Source of the DNA: an uncultured Verrucomicrobiae bacterium | Lineage (GTDB): Bacteria; Verrucomicrobiota; Verrucomicrobiia; Limisphaerales; Palsa-1400 | Assembly (NCBI GenBank): GCA_963764165.1 | Contig: CAVXRD010000002.1 | Location: 1,056,001-1,120,000 of the forward strand | Direction of reading: 5' to 3' | Length of the DNA: 64,000 bases | Part shown: positions 28,916 through 39,539 of the stretch, piece by piece | How positions within the stretch are numbered: the first letter of the stretch is position 1 | How the letters are laid out: each line of letters opens with the position of its first letter | Program-made: the position numbers and the translations under genes | The notes under the pieces: model-generated | The model's input: only the letters and a program-made list of their open reading frames with translations | Databases searched by the model: none | What the model was told of the DNA's origin: nothing

Positions 28916-30253
28916 ATGAGCAACTTTGACATCATCATTCGCGGCGCTACGGTGGTGACCGCTGAAAAAATCGAGCGGGACGATGTTGGCATTTCCGGAG
29001 AAAAAATCGCGGCGATTCAAACTGAAATTTCCAATAATGCAGTTACCGAAATCAACGCCGAAGGCCTGCACATTTTCCCCGGCGTCATTGATGCGCACGT
29101 TCATTTCAACGAACCGGGCCGCACGGATTGGGAGGGAATCGCGACCGGTTCAAACGCCGTTGCCGCAGGCGGCGGGACGATGTTTTTTGACATGCCGCTC
29201 AACGCGCACCCCCCGACACTCGACGCCGCCAGTTTCGAATTGAAACGCGCCGCCGCCGAGAAATCGTCACGGGTTGATTTCGCCTTTTGGGGCGGATTGA
29301 CTCCAGCCAATCTCGGCACGATGGGAGAATTGGCCAATTGCGGCGTCATCGGTTTCAAGGCCTTCATGTGCAACAGTGGCATCGACGATTTTCTTTCCGT
29401 TGATTCGCGCACTCTTCGCGAAGGAATGAAGCGCGCCGCCTCTCTGCGCCTTCCAGTCGCCGTGCATGCGGAAAGCGATGCGATGACTGCGCGCCTCACG
29501 CAAAACGCTGTTGCCGCGGGCAAAACATCCGCGCGCGATTTCCTGAATTGCCGGCCCATCGCCGCGGAATTGGAGGCGATTCGGAATGCCATAGAACTCG
29601 CTGGGGAAACCGGCTGCTCGCTGCACATCGTTCATGTCAGTTGCGCCGATGGTGTTCGCATCGTGGCGGAGGCCGCCGCGCGCGGCCAAGATGTCACCTG
29701 TGAAACTTGCCCGCACTATCTTATCTTGACGGATAAAGATATGGAACGGCTGGGCCCGGTGGCCAAATGCGCGCCTCCGCTGCGTTCGGCATTGGAACAG
29801 GAGTCGTTATGGGGCGAACTGATGGCGGACAAGATTCACACGGTGGGTTCCGATCATTCGCCCTCGCCTCCGGAAATGAAACGCGGCGCGAATTTCTTCC
29901 AGGCATGGGGCGGAATTTCCGGCGCGCAACATTTGCTGCCGTTATTATTGACACGCGATATTGATGCGAGTTTGGCGGCCCGCGTGACTTCCGCAAAGGT
30001 CGCCCGGCGCTTTCGATTGCCGGCTTCCAAAGGCACCCTCGCCGCCGGAGGCGACGCCGACCTTTGCCTCGTTGATCTTGGCGCCGACTACGAAATGACT
30101 CGCGATGAGCTGCAATACCGCCACCGCCAAAGTCCTTACATCGGCAAACGATTAAGCGCTCGTGTCAAACAAACCTTTTTGCATGGAAGGATGATTTATG
30201 GGGACAACAAATTCTTTGGAACCCCTGCAGGCAGGCTTGTAAAGCCGTCTTAG
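28916..30253 (+). CDS. allB: Allantoinase
   Basis: Motifs PGVIDAHVHFNEPGRTDWEG, DMPLN, GFKAFM, HAE, ETCPHYL, KCAPPLR, SDHSP, WGGISG. Confidence 0.92.
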   Translation: MSNFDIIIRGATVVTAEKIERDDVGISGEKIAAIQTEISNNAVTEINAEGLHIFPGVIDAHVHFNEPGRTDWEGIATGSNAVAAGGGTMFFDMPLNAHPPTLDAASFELKRAAAEKSSRVDFAFWGGLTPANLGTMGELANCGVIGFKAFMCNSGIDDFLSVDSRTLREGMKRAASLRLPVAVHAESDAMTARLTQNAVAAGKTSARDFLNCRPIAAELEAIRNAIELAGETGCSLHIVHVSCADGVRIVAEAAARGQDVTCETCPHYLILTDKDMERLGPVAKCAPPLRSALEQESLWGELMADKIHTVGSDHSPSPPEMKRGANFFQAWGGISGAQHLLPLLLTRDIDASLAARVTSAKVARRFRLPASKGTLAAGGDADLCLVDLGADYEMTRDELQYRHRQSPYIGKRLSARVKQTFLHGRMIYGDNKFFGTPAGRLVKPS

Positions 30254-30342
30254 CGGGAAGCGCGAAACTGCCGAGCCATTCCTCGTTCGTAAGATGGCTC
30301 GGCAGGAGGCCTCGCCCTGCCGAGTTTCACTGTAAGTTGGCG

Positions 30343-31962
30343 CTATATTGAAGGAGACATCGCGAGGTATTCCTTGCGCAAAACAGTGTCGCGCTGAGAC
30401 CACGCGGGATCCGGAATCGGATAATCCAAATTGTAATGCAGCCCGCGGCTTTCCGGCCGTTGCAGCGCGGAGGCGATGATGAGTTCCGCCACCGTCGCGA
30501 TGTTTCGCAGTTCCAGCAAATCGCTCGTGACGATGAAGTCCCAATAATATTCCTGGATCTCCTCCTGCAAATTGGCGATGCGCGTGCGGGCGCGCTGCAG
30601 CCGCTTGTTGGTGCGGACGATGCCGACGTAATCCCACATCACGCGGCGAATCTCGTCCCAATTGTGATTGATGACCACCAATTCATCGACGTTCTGGGCC
30701 TGGCCGGATTGCCACGGCGGGATGGGCCAATCGAGCGGGATGGGCAAATTGGCGCGCGCGTTTTCGGCGGCGCGATGGGCGCACACCAGCGCCTCCAGCA
30801 GGGAGTTGCTGGCCAGCCGGTTCGCGCCGTGCAACCCGGTGCAGGCGACTTCCCCGACCGCATAAAGTCCCGGAATGTCCGTCTCGCCCGCGACCGTCGT
30901 CACCACGCCGCCGCATTGATAATGAGCGGCGGGAACGACTGGAATTGGCTCCTTCGTGATGTCGATGCCGTATTCGAGGCAAGTGGCGTAAATGTTTGGA
31001 AAACGCTCGCGGATGAACTCGGCGGGCTTATGGGTGATGTCAAGCAGAACGTAGGCGGCGCCGCTTTTCTTCATCTCGTTGTCAATCGCCCGGGCGACGA
31101 TGTCGCGCGGGGCGAGGGATTTGAGCGCATGGTATTTGTCCATGAACGGCGCGCCTTCCATATTCTTCAGGATGCCGCCTTCGCCGCGCACCGCCTCGCT
31201 GATGAGAAACGATTTCGCTTTGCGGTGATAAAGGCAGGTTGGGTGGAATTGGATGAATTCCATGTTCGCCACCCGGGCCCCGGCGCGATACGCCATGGCC
31301 ACGCCGTCGCCGGTCGCGATGTCCGGGTTTGTCGTATATAAATATACCTTGCCGCAGCCGCCGGTCGCCAGCAGCACCGTCCGCGCGGCGAAGGTTTCGA
31401 CGCAACTGCTGCTCTTGTCCAAAACGTAGGCTCCGAGACAGCGGTTGGGCGAATCGGCCATGTCCGGCAGCTTTTGCGTCGTGATGAGGTCGATGGCGAA
31501 ATGGTTCTCGAAAATTTCGATGCTTGGATTTTCCGCAATGGCCGCCAGCAGCGCCTTTTCAATTTCGCGGCCCGTGACATCTTTCGCGTGGAGAATGCGG
31601 CGTTTGGAATGGCCCCCTTCCCGGCCCAGATCCAATTCGCGAACGCCGTTGACCTCGCGTTCGGAAAAATTCATCCCGAGCTCCATCAGCTCGGCGATTC
31701 GCGAAGGGCCTTCCTCCACAATTGTGCGCACAACCGATTCGTGGCACAACCCGGCGCCGGCTTCCAGCGTGTCGCGGACGTGGACGGAGAAGGAATCCTC
31801 CTTGCTGATGACGGCCGCGATGCCGCCCTGGGCGTAATTGGTGTTGGATTCCGCTCGGGATTTCTTGGTGACGATGGCGACGCGGCCGTAGGGCGCGACC
31901 TTCAAGGCAAATGAAAGTCCGGCAATACCGCTGCCCAGCACAAGAAAGTCAAAATTCTTCAT
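30343..31962 (-). CDS. nadB: L-aspartate oxidase
   Basis: Motifs [66 protein letters not shown]. Confidence 0.96.
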   Translation of the reverse strand: MKNFDFLVLGSGIAGLSFALKVAPYGRVAIVTKKSRAESNTNYAQGGIAAVISKEDSFSVHVRDTLEAGAGLCHESVVRTIVEEGPSRIAELMELGMNFSEREVNGVRELDLGREGGHSKRRILHAKDVTGREIEKALLAAIAENPSIEIFENHFAIDLITTQKLPDMADSPNRCLGAYVLDKSSSCVETFAARTVLLATGGCGKVYLYTTNPDIATGDGVAMAYRAGARVANMEFIQFHPTCLYHRKAKSFLISEAVRGEGGILKNMEGAPFMDKYHALKSLAPRDIVARAIDNEMKKSGAAYVLLDITHKPAEFIRERFPNIYATCLEYGIDITKEPIPVVPAAHYQCGGVVTTVAGETDIPGLYAVGEVACTGLHGANRLASNSLLEALVCAHRAAENARANLPIPLDWPIPPWQSGQAQNVDELVVINHNWDEIRRVMWDYVGIVRTNKRLQRARTRIANLQEEIQEYYWDFIVTSDLLELRNIATVAELIIASALQRPESRGLHYNLDYPIPDPAWSQRDTVLRKEYLAMSPSI

Positions 31963-32121
31963 CTCATTTTCACAATCGCATATTCGGCGGCTCCGCCAAA
32001 ATAATTCAAATACACGAACGGCCATCGGAAATCAACGCCACGGGGACCAGCCCAAAGGGCAGGCGCCCAGGGAACAAAAGGTTCGACCGGCGCCGCGAAA
32101 GCGTTACGATGGGTCATTGCT

Positions 32122-33306
32122 ATGAAGATGACAGGACTTTCCGGGAACGAAATTTACTGCTTGCGCTTGAAGGGGCTTGAGGCAGGTGAACTGTTGATCG
32201 GCAACAGCGTCTATTCCATGGGCTTCCTCGGGGGCCTGGGCGCGAATTGGAGCGGCCTGATCGGCGGCGAGGTGAGGCAAGTCACCGACATTGTGGCCGA
32301 GGGCCGGCGTCAATCATACGATCGCTTGATGGCCGAATCGCTGAAACACGGGGCGCACGGCGTGACCGGTGTCGTCAGCGATTTGCGCATGTTCAAGGGC
32401 AACATTGAATTTCTTTCCGTGGCCTCGGCGGTGCAGGCGGCCAGCCAGCCGCCCACCAACCGAATCTTTTCGTCGAGCGCGGATGGCCAGGAGCTATACT
32501 GTCAAATGGATGCGGGCTACACGCCGCTTAAATTCGCGTTCGGCAATGTGGCGTATTCCATGGGACTGGGCGGAGGCATCATGGGCGGGCTGAAGACATT
32601 GGCCCGCGGCGAGATCAAGGAATACAGCGATGTCTTCAATCTCACGCGGCACCTGGCCCTGGGCCGCCTTGTGGAGGATGCGCGGGCGGCGGGGGCGAAC
32701 TCGGTGGTGGGCATCGAGACGCGCATTCTGCCGTTCAAGGGCATGCACGAGATGTTCATGATGGGCACGGCCTCCTACAACCCGGAGCTGACCAAGATTT
32801 CCAACGACGTCATGACCAGCGATCTGACGTGCCAGGAAATGTGGAACATGGCCAATCTCGGCTACATGCCGCTTAAGCTAGTCCTTGGGACGGCGGTGTA
32901 TTCTCTTGGCGTGATGGGCGGGCTGAAATCGATTTTGAAGTCCTTTGCGCGGGGCGAGATCAACGAGCTTACGTCGATGATTTATGACGCGCGCGAGCAT
33001 GCCATCGGCCTGATTCGCGATGAAGCTGCCGCGCTGGGAGCCGACGAGGTGGTGGGAATTAAAACGCACATCCACGAGATTGGCGGAATGATCGAGTTCA
33101 TGGCGATTGGCACGGCGATGAAGCGAATTCCCGGCCTCACCACCCTCAGCCCGCAGCTTCCGCCCCAGGCGATCATCGCGGACAAGGACACGTGGATCAG
33201 CGCGGACGATATGTTTTACACCGCGGAATCGTCCGAGCGATCCAACGAAGGCGGCGGCGCAGTCGGGGGAGCTATGGAATTGCTGAAGGTGCTTGGCAGC
33301 CGGTAA
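32122..33306 (+). CDS. Triple-repeat YbjQ/UPF0145 (heavy-metal-binding domain) protein
   Basis: Three copies of G..vYSmG..GG......l..GEi......AR..A..rl...A...GA..VVG. Confidence 0.75.
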   Translation: MKMTGLSGNEIYCLRLKGLEAGELLIGNSVYSMGFLGGLGANWSGLIGGEVRQVTDIVAEGRRQSYDRLMAESLKHGAHGVTGVVSDLRMFKGNIEFLSVASAVQAASQPPTNRIFSSSADGQELYCQMDAGYTPLKFAFGNVAYSMGLGGGIMGGLKTLARGEIKEYSDVFNLTRHLALGRLVEDARAAGANSVVGIETRILPFKGMHEMFMMGTASYNPELTKISNDVMTSDLTCQEMWNMANLGYMPLKLVLGTAVYSLGVMGGLKSILKSFARGEINELTSMIYDAREHAIGLIRDEAAALGADEVVGIKTHIHEIGGMIEFMAIGTAMKRIPGLTTLSPQLPPQAIIADKDTWISADDMFYTAESSERSNEGGGAVGGAMELLKVLGSR

Positions 33307-33568
33307 GGCCGCGCAAACCATTTGCGCAGCCTCACGGGACTCCGAGCGCGCAGCAAAGTCACCCTGCTCAATACCGACAGGATCGAATTGGCGCGATTCA
33401 TAACCTGCCATCGCGGCCAAATCCGTAGAACACCTGATTTCTCCGCATTCATAATCGAGCCATTCTTTCAATCGGACGTTCATTTGCGAATTCGAAAGAC
33501 ACATCTTTAAAACAGTAACGATTTTTGACTGCAATGCTCCCTGTTTATAGTCGACGCCATTAGATTTT

Positions 33569-35641
33569 ATGCCAACAGACCCCAGGATTGTTCTTTCCGC
33601 GGACGACGATGAAGACGCGCATTTCTTGCTTGCCAAAGCATTCCTAAAATCCAAGACCAATGCCGAACTCAAGCATGTCTATGACGGGACCCAGGCCCTG
33701 GCCTATTTGGATGGCGAAGGCGAATTTTCTGACCGAAGCAAGTTTCCCTTTCCAAATGTTTTGCTCCTGGATTTAAAGATGCCAAACCTCTCAGGGCTTG
33801 ATGTGCTGGAAAAGCTTGGCCATTCGAAAGACAAGCGATTGTTTTCGGTCATTGTCATGACGTCTTCCGAGAACACGACCGATCGGGAAGACGCGGAGAA
33901 GCTGGGCTGCGATGGATTTCTTGTCAAACCCACTGCGTTCAAGGTGCTCGTTGAGATGGTGAAATTGATTGTGGAGTCGCCTCAATCCTCGCATGGGGGC
34001 AAGCCTGAGGAAAGCGATGGAGCGGCAAGTGCGCATGAACTCCGCCAAACGCCTCCCAGCGTAGCAAAAGAAGAAAAACCGCCTGAACCTTTGGAGGAAA
34101 TATACAATTGTCTCAGCCACAACTCGAAGGGCGAAGAAGAGCGGGTTGAATCGCCGGAAGTTTTCAAATTGCTCGTTGAACAAATTCAGGATTACGCCAT
34201 TTTTCTGTTGAGCCCCAAAGGGATTGTTCGCTCATGGAATCAGGGGGCTCGGCGCATCAAGGGATACGAAGCGAGCGAAATCATCGGGGAGCATTTTTCG
34301 ATTTTCTATCCGCAATCCGATATCGAGGCAAAAAAGCCCGAAAACGAGCTGCGCATTGCCCAAGAAATGGGAAAATACGAGGAGGAAGGATGGCGCTTGC
34401 GAAAAGATGGATCGCGGCTCTGGGCCAGTGTGGTTCTGACGGCGCTGCGCGATGACAAAGGCAACGTGTGCGGATTTGCGAAAGTCACACGCGATCTGAC
34501 ACAGAAGAAATTGCAGGAAGACCAGCTGCGCCAATTGGTCGAAAGCGAAGAGAGATTTCGCCTGCTGGTTGAGCAGGTGAAAGATTACGCCATTTTCTTT
34601 TTGGATACGAGAGGATATGTCAGTTCATGGAACCAGGGAGCGCGGCGCATCAAGGGATACGAAGCCGACGAAATCATTGGAAAGCATTTCTCCACCTTTT
34701 ACACGGAGGCGGATTTGGCCACCGAGAAGCCAGCCCGGGAACTGGCGATCGCCATTCGAGAGGGCCGCTACGAAGAAGAGGGATGGCGCATTAAAAAGGA
34801 TCGAAGCCAGTTTTGGGCAAATGTCGTCATCACGGCGCTCTGGGATTCCCGCGGAAACTTGACGGGCTTTGCAAAAGTGTCGCGCGACCTGACCAAAAAG
34901 AAGAAAGCGGATGAGTCATTGAGGGCGCGCACCACGGAATTGGAGGCGTTCGCCCACACGCTCTCACACGACCTTCGAGCTCCCATTCGAACCATTGCCA
35001 GCTTTGCCGAATTGCTTGAAGAAGACGACGGAACGCTCGCGGAGGCGGATCGGAAAATGCACCTCCGAAGAATTAAGAAAGCCGCCGTCTCCGTCAATTC
35101 CTTGATCCACGACATTTTAAAGCTGAGCGAGGCGTCCCTGACAAAAACCGAAAGTGTCAGGTTTAACGTGGAAGAAGTCATTCGCGACGCTGTGCAACTT
35201 CAGGAAGGCGAGATTCTGGAACGCAAAGCTGTGATCAATATTCAGAAGGCCATGCCGTGGGTTTCACTGAATCGAACCGCGCTGCTGCAGATTTTTTCCA
35301 ATCTCATCGGCAACGCGCTTAAATTCTCCCGCCCCGGCGAGATTCCCAAGGTGGAGATTTTTTCGGTCCAGGTTGACGGAGGGTGCGAAATTCATGTGAA
35401 AGATTCCGGCATCGGCATTGCAAGGGAAAATCAACACGTCATTTTCAATGCCTTCTATCGCGCAAACCGAAATCCCGTGCAAAGCGGGAACGGAATTGGC
35501 CTATCCATCGTAAAACGTTGCGTTGAGCGCATTGGAGGAAGGATTTCTGTTTCTTCAGCCATCGGCGAGGGATCGAATTTTATCGTCCGACTGCCGGGCG
35601 AAAATCCCGAGCGGGCCCAAGCCACCGCCGTTGCGAAATAA
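33569..35641 (+). CDS. Hybrid REC-PAS-PAS sensor histidine kinase
   Basis: Receiver (ADDD, LLDLKMP, VKP); two PAS/PAC repeats (DYAIF..SWNQGARRIKGY); H-box SHDLRAP; NALKF, DSGIG, GNGIGL. Confidence 0.92.
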   Translation: MPTDPRIVLSADDDEDAHFLLAKAFLKSKTNAELKHVYDGTQALAYLDGEGEFSDRSKFPFPNVLLLDLKMPNLSGLDVLEKLGHSKDKRLFSVIVMTSSENTTDREDAEKLGCDGFLVKPTAFKVLVEMVKLIVESPQSSHGGKPEESDGAASAHELRQTPPSVAKEEKPPEPLEEIYNCLSHNSKGEEERVESPEVFKLLVEQIQDYAIFLLSPKGIVRSWNQGARRIKGYEASEIIGEHFSIFYPQSDIEAKKPENELRIAQEMGKYEEEGWRLRKDGSRLWASVVLTALRDDKGNVCGFAKVTRDLTQKKLQEDQLRQLVESEERFRLLVEQVKDYAIFFLDTRGYVSSWNQGARRIKGYEADEIIGKHFSTFYTEADLATEKPARELAIAIREGRYEEEGWRIKKDRSQFWANVVITALWDSRGNLTGFAKVSRDLTKKKKADESLRARTTELEAFAHTLSHDLRAPIRTIASFAELLEEDDGTLAEADRKMHLRRIKKAAVSVNSLIHDILKLSEASLTKTESVRFNVEEVIRDAVQLQEGEILERKAVINIQKAMPWVSLNRTALLQIFSNLIGNALKFSRPGEIPKVEIFSVQVDGGCEIHVKDSGIGIARENQHVIFNAFYRANRNPVQSGNGIGLSIVKRCVERIGGRISVSSAIGEGSNFIVRLPGENPERAQATAVAK

Positions 35642-36868
35642 CTATTGTGAATCACGGCGCGAGTGAAGGCTCTCCGGCATTGCAAAGCAGAGAATCGCCA
35701 GTGCGGCAGCCGCGACGCCGCCAAGGAAAAGAATTCCGGCGTTGAAGCTGTAGTGGTGGACGATCGCCCCCGCGATGAACTGGCTTAGCGACGCGCCAAT
35801 GCCGACGGCGCAATTGATCGCGCCCAAAGTCACATTGAAACGGCCCGTCCCTGCCGTCAAATCCGCGACCACGAGAACGGAGACAACGCCGAAAATTCCT
35901 GCCCCAATTCCATCGAGAATTTGAATCGCAATCAAAGCGGTGGCGTTATGGGTCAACGTATATAAAACGGCTCGAACCGGCAGAACCCCGAAGCCAATGA
36001 GAAGCAGCGGCTTGCGGCCCCATTCGCCTGCTTTCTTTCCCGTCCACGACGCGATCAAGGTGATGACAAGCTGCGTGGTTACAACGCATGCCGACATGAA
36101 CATCATCGACGATTTTCCTTTTCCCTTGGCCAGTGTTTCGCCCAGCAGCGGCAGCATGGCCGCGTTGGCAAAGTGGAACATCACCGAGCACGCGAGGAAG
36201 ATGAACAGCGGCCTGTCTTTCAGCATTTCACGCAGAGTCGCCGGCTCGCCCTCCTTCTCAGAAGTGCCGGCGCCGCGCGCCAGGTCGTAATTTATTTCTT
36301 CGCTCCGAATCGCCCTGAGCGCCAGCGCGGTTGGAGCCGCGCAAGCTGCGACAAAGAAAAAGACGCTTTGATTTGAAACAAAGTAGCCGAGCAGGCCCAT
36401 GGAGACGGCGGCAAAAACATTCCCGCCGGAATTGAAAGCCTGGTTGCGCCCTTGCCGCGTGTCGAATGCGGCGTGGCCGACAAGCCCAAGCGAAATGGCG
36501 CAGATCGCCGGAATGAAAACACTGGAAGTTCCACCGATGAGGACCTGGGCGAGCATCACGCTCCAAAAGGCTGGCAGCAGGGCAATCAGCAGCGCCCCCA
36601 GCGCCAGGGACACCAACCCGCCTGCAATCAATGCGCGCTTCGCTTTCAATCGATCCACCAGCGCTCCGGCTGGCGTTTGGGTGAGGATTCCCGCAATGCC
36701 TCCCACCGTCAGGGCGACGCCCACGCTTTGCTCATTCCATCCGCGAGCGGCAAGGTATATGGCGAGGAATGGGCCAACGCCAGTTTGCACATCCGCGAGA
36801 AAAAAATTCAGCCAATCCAGACCCCGAAGTGTTCGCGCTGAGGTGCTTGTTGCGCTTGAGTCCGGCAT
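35642..36868 (-). CDS. MFS transporter
   Basis: LDWLNFFLADVQTGVGPF, GALVDR, WGRKPLL; about 12 TM segments. Confidence 0.9.
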   Translation of the reverse strand: MPDSSATSTSARTLRGLDWLNFFLADVQTGVGPFLAIYLAARGWNEQSVGVALTVGGIAGILTQTPAGALVDRLKAKRALIAGGLVSLALGALLIALLPAFWSVMLAQVLIGGTSSVFIPAICAISLGLVGHAAFDTRQGRNQAFNSGGNVFAAVSMGLLGYFVSNQSVFFFVAACAAPTALALRAIRSEEINYDLARGAGTSEKEGEPATLREMLKDRPLFIFLACSVMFHFANAAMLPLLGETLAKGKGKSSMMFMSACVVTTQLVITLIASWTGKKAGEWGRKPLLLIGFGVLPVRAVLYTLTHNATALIAIQILDGIGAGIFGVVSVLVVADLTAGTGRFNVTLGAINCAVGIGASLSQFIAGAIVHHYSFNAGILFLGGVAAAALAILCFAMPESLHSRRDSQ

Positions 36869-36893
36869 GTCGAAAAGCGGAATGATCCGCCGG

Positions 36894-37250
36894 TCAGGTC
36901 CGCATATAATCCACGGCGTCCTTTTGAGACCAGCCATTGGAAATCGGACGGGGCGCAGGCACCGAGAAATAAGGCCGGGTTGGAACCTTCGGCATATGCG
37001 GAAGCAATGGCGTCTCCTTCAACGCCGGGCGGGAAGGTATCGCCGCATCAGAAGAAGCCGAGAACGCGACCACAAAGTTATCATTGTCAAACGCCACCCC
37101 ATCTTCGAACCAGCCAATGTGATGCCCGCGAAGAGAATACAAGCGATGCCCGTTTACCCAGCCAATGGCCTTTCCGCGAACATCGCGGACAACGTCTTCA
37201 TCGATGATGAGACGGGCGGAACCCGAGTGATCAAACAACCATTCAGCCAT
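36894..37250 (-). CDS. 4-fold beta-flower-like small protein
   Basis: Repeated units LFDHSG / VRDVRGKAIGWV / LYSLRGHHIGWF / AFDNDN, then a Pro-rich tail ending in GWS. Confidence 0.65.
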   Translation of the reverse strand: MAEWLFDHSGSARLIIDEDVVRDVRGKAIGWVNGHRLYSLRGHHIGWFEDGVAFDNDNFVVAFSASSDAAIPSRPALKETPLLPHMPKVPTRPYFSVPAPRPISNGWSQKDAVDYMRT

Positions 37251-37338
37251 ATTGTATTGTTGATATAACTCATTAATTTGGAGGGTGATCATCTTTTGCA
37301 CGGAAGAAAAAAACGCGCAAGCCGGAATTATAAATATT

Positions 37339-38319
37339 TCACTTTTTCCTGGGTCTCCATTCAACCTTGGGCGGTTCGGGGAGTCCTTGCGCGCGGAGGG
37401 CGGTGCGGAAATGAATTTTGCCGACTGCAGCCAGGGCCGCTGCGCCGCGCTTGGCCACAAACTCTTTCGCAACGGCGTCGACGTTGACCCCGGCGCCCTT
37501 TGGAAATTCCATCTCGTATTCGCGTCCCAATTTTGCCAGCCGCGACACAAATTCGTTGCGGGCCAGGATCGAGGCTGCCGCGACGACGAGATCTTCTTCC
37601 GCCCGATGGCGCTGCACCAATTCAATGCTGCGCCCGAGCGGCATGAGCGCCTTGGCCACCGTCTCCTTCTCATGCGCGAATTGATCGCTGATGGCGCGCA
37701 CGGGCGGCGGGCTCATCTGATATTTGACACCCATCAGGTTTTCAATCGCCCGCGCGTGGCCCCAGGCCAGCACGCGATTGACGCTTTTCATCGTTGAATA
37801 AAGCCGGTTGTAAGCGGCGTTGCCGATGGGCACGACACTGTAAACGCAGCCCGGCGTCTCACGGATCATCTGCGCCAGTTCAGCAATGCGCCGGTCGCCG
37901 CCGATTTTTTTGGAATCGCGCACGCCCGCTTTTTTCCAAATGGGAACGATGCTGGCGTTCAAATAAACTGCGGCGATGCACAGCGGCCCAAAAAAATCGC
38001 CCTTGCCGCTTTCGTCCACGCCGATGCGCGCGTCCAGCAACTCTGGATTCAAGACCGTTTCGTAACCCAGCTTGACCTCCTGCAAAATTTTCGGCTCCAG
38101 CACGAACTCGACAAAATCCTGCGTCCCTTTTCCCTGCACAACGAGCTTGCCGCTTTGGTAAAAAACGACATTCGTCTTTTCCTTTTCCGCGGCGAAACGG
38201 GCGTAGGGCACTTCGCGAAATTTGAAATCATTTTCGCGCAAATGCTTTTCCAGCGACGCCGCCTGGGCGTCGGACAATTTGCAGGTATGAATGGTCAGCG
38301 GTTGCACCAGCAAAGGCAT
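37339..38319 (-). CDS. rnhC: Ribonuclease HIII
   Basis: N-terminal TBP-like domain (YQSGKLVVQG); IGVDESGKGDFFGP, VRDSK, SDQF, VAAASILAR, KIHF. Confidence 0.93.
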   Translation of the reverse strand: MPLLVQPLTIHTCKLSDAQAASLEKHLRENDFKFREVPYARFAAEKEKTNVVFYQSGKLVVQGKGTQDFVEFVLEPKILQEVKLGYETVLNPELLDARIGVDESGKGDFFGPLCIAAVYLNASIVPIWKKAGVRDSKKIGGDRRIAELAQMIRETPGCVYSVVPIGNAAYNRLYSTMKSVNRVLAWGHARAIENLMGVKYQMSPPPVRAISDQFAHEKETVAKALMPLGRSIELVQRHRAEEDLVVAAASILARNEFVSRLAKLGREYEMEFPKGAGVNVDAVAKEFVAKRGAAALAAVGKIHFRTALRAQGLPEPPKVEWRPRKK

Positions 38320-38636
38320 AATCCCAACCGCGGCGGAAAGAAATCATTTTGCGGAGAATCAGATGCGCAAAGGCGCGTCTCAGTTCCGGCCGCCCGGCCC
38401 GAAATAGCGAAATTCCCCGGTATATGCGGTGCGATGGTCCGGTCGATGTTAGCATTACGGAATATATGCATTTCCCGACCAAGTTTGGACTCACCATGGC
38501 CTAAACATGCACTAACATGTCCCGCCGCCAAACCGATTTCCGGTTGAGTTACCAAGACTGGCACAATAAATGGTTAAGCTTACGCGAACGCAAATGTGAA
38601 ACGGCTGTCGTGAGCTGACAGGCAAATATTCAACTA

Positions 38637-39362
38637 ATGAGAATTAAATCAAATTTATTGTGCGGTATTGTCGGAACAACAGCGCTGATCGCTTCCCCGA
38701 GTGCTTTTGCGTCTTTTATTGGAACGGGTTCGCTGTATATTACAGCCCCGGGTTACTTCGCGACTGGCGATCAGGCGGGGCCCTATTCGGTTTCCTCCTT
38801 GACGCCATTGACCGGCGCAAATCCCGGCAGCAGCTTCACCACGTTCTGCCTGGGCAGCCAGGTGGATTATTATCCAGGCACAACTTACAATTACCAAATC
38901 AGCGACTCTGTTCAGCCCACCAGCGGGGTTGGCGCTCCCGGCTACGTGACTTGGGGCACTGCCTGGCTCTATAGCCAGTACAGGGACGGCTTGCTTGGTG
39001 GCGGCGCGGGAGTAAATAATCCAGCCAACGACGCCCTTCAGGAAGCTTTTTGGACCTTGCAAAACCAAAGTCTCTCAGGCGTCTATTTTACGCCAGACCA
39101 GACCGCTTACAGCAATTACTTGAGTGAGGCGTCAGCGGCGGCGGCGGCAGCACATCTCAGCAGCGACGAAGTCGACGCCAACGGAGCCTTCGGAGTTTAT
39201 GCCCTTAATTTGTGTTCGGGCAGTGGAAACAACATCAATTATTACCAGCCTCAACTGTGCATGGTCCCCGTGCCCGAGCCATCGACATACGTCGCTGGTG
39301 CGATGATGTTGCTGCCCTTCGGAGCGAGCGCACTGCGCATCGTTCGCAAGCGATTGGCCTAG
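38637..39362 (+). CDS. PEP-CTERM sorting domain surface protein
   Basis: Signal peptide; FTTFCL, ALQEAFW; C-terminal VPEPSTYVAGAMMLLPFGASALRIVRKR. Confidence 0.88.
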   Translation: MRIKSNLLCGIVGTTALIASPSAFASFIGTGSLYITAPGYFATGDQAGPYSVSSLTPLTGANPGSSFTTFCLGSQVDYYPGTTYNYQISDSVQPTSGVGAPGYVTWGTAWLYSQYRDGLLGGGAGVNNPANDALQEAFWTLQNQSLSGVYFTPDQTAYSNYLSEASAAAAAAHLSSDEVDANGAFGVYALNLCSGSGNNINYYQPQLCMVPVPEPSTYVAGAMMLLPFGASALRIVRKRLA

Positions 39363-39539
39363 TCGACTGGCCAAACAGAAATCAACGCGTTGGCGCCATG
39401 TTTGATTGAGCCGGCACAACGCGGTCTGCCTCTGCCTCGCAGTGATTCTGAAAAAGGGCAATTTGTGATTATGTTGGTCTGACAACTCGTGAGTCAGCTG
39501 CCTGAATGATCGAAGGCTAAGATCGAACTTGAATTTATG

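Noticed and set aside
37251..37673. N-terminal extension of the 259-aa ORF
   Set aside because: Out-of-frame overlap with rnhC; the real protein probably starts at 37250.
38559..38574. Sigma-54 promoter for the PEP-CTERM gene (TGGCACAATAAATGGT)
   Set aside because: Good -24 box, but GG instead of the conserved GC at -12; too weak to call.
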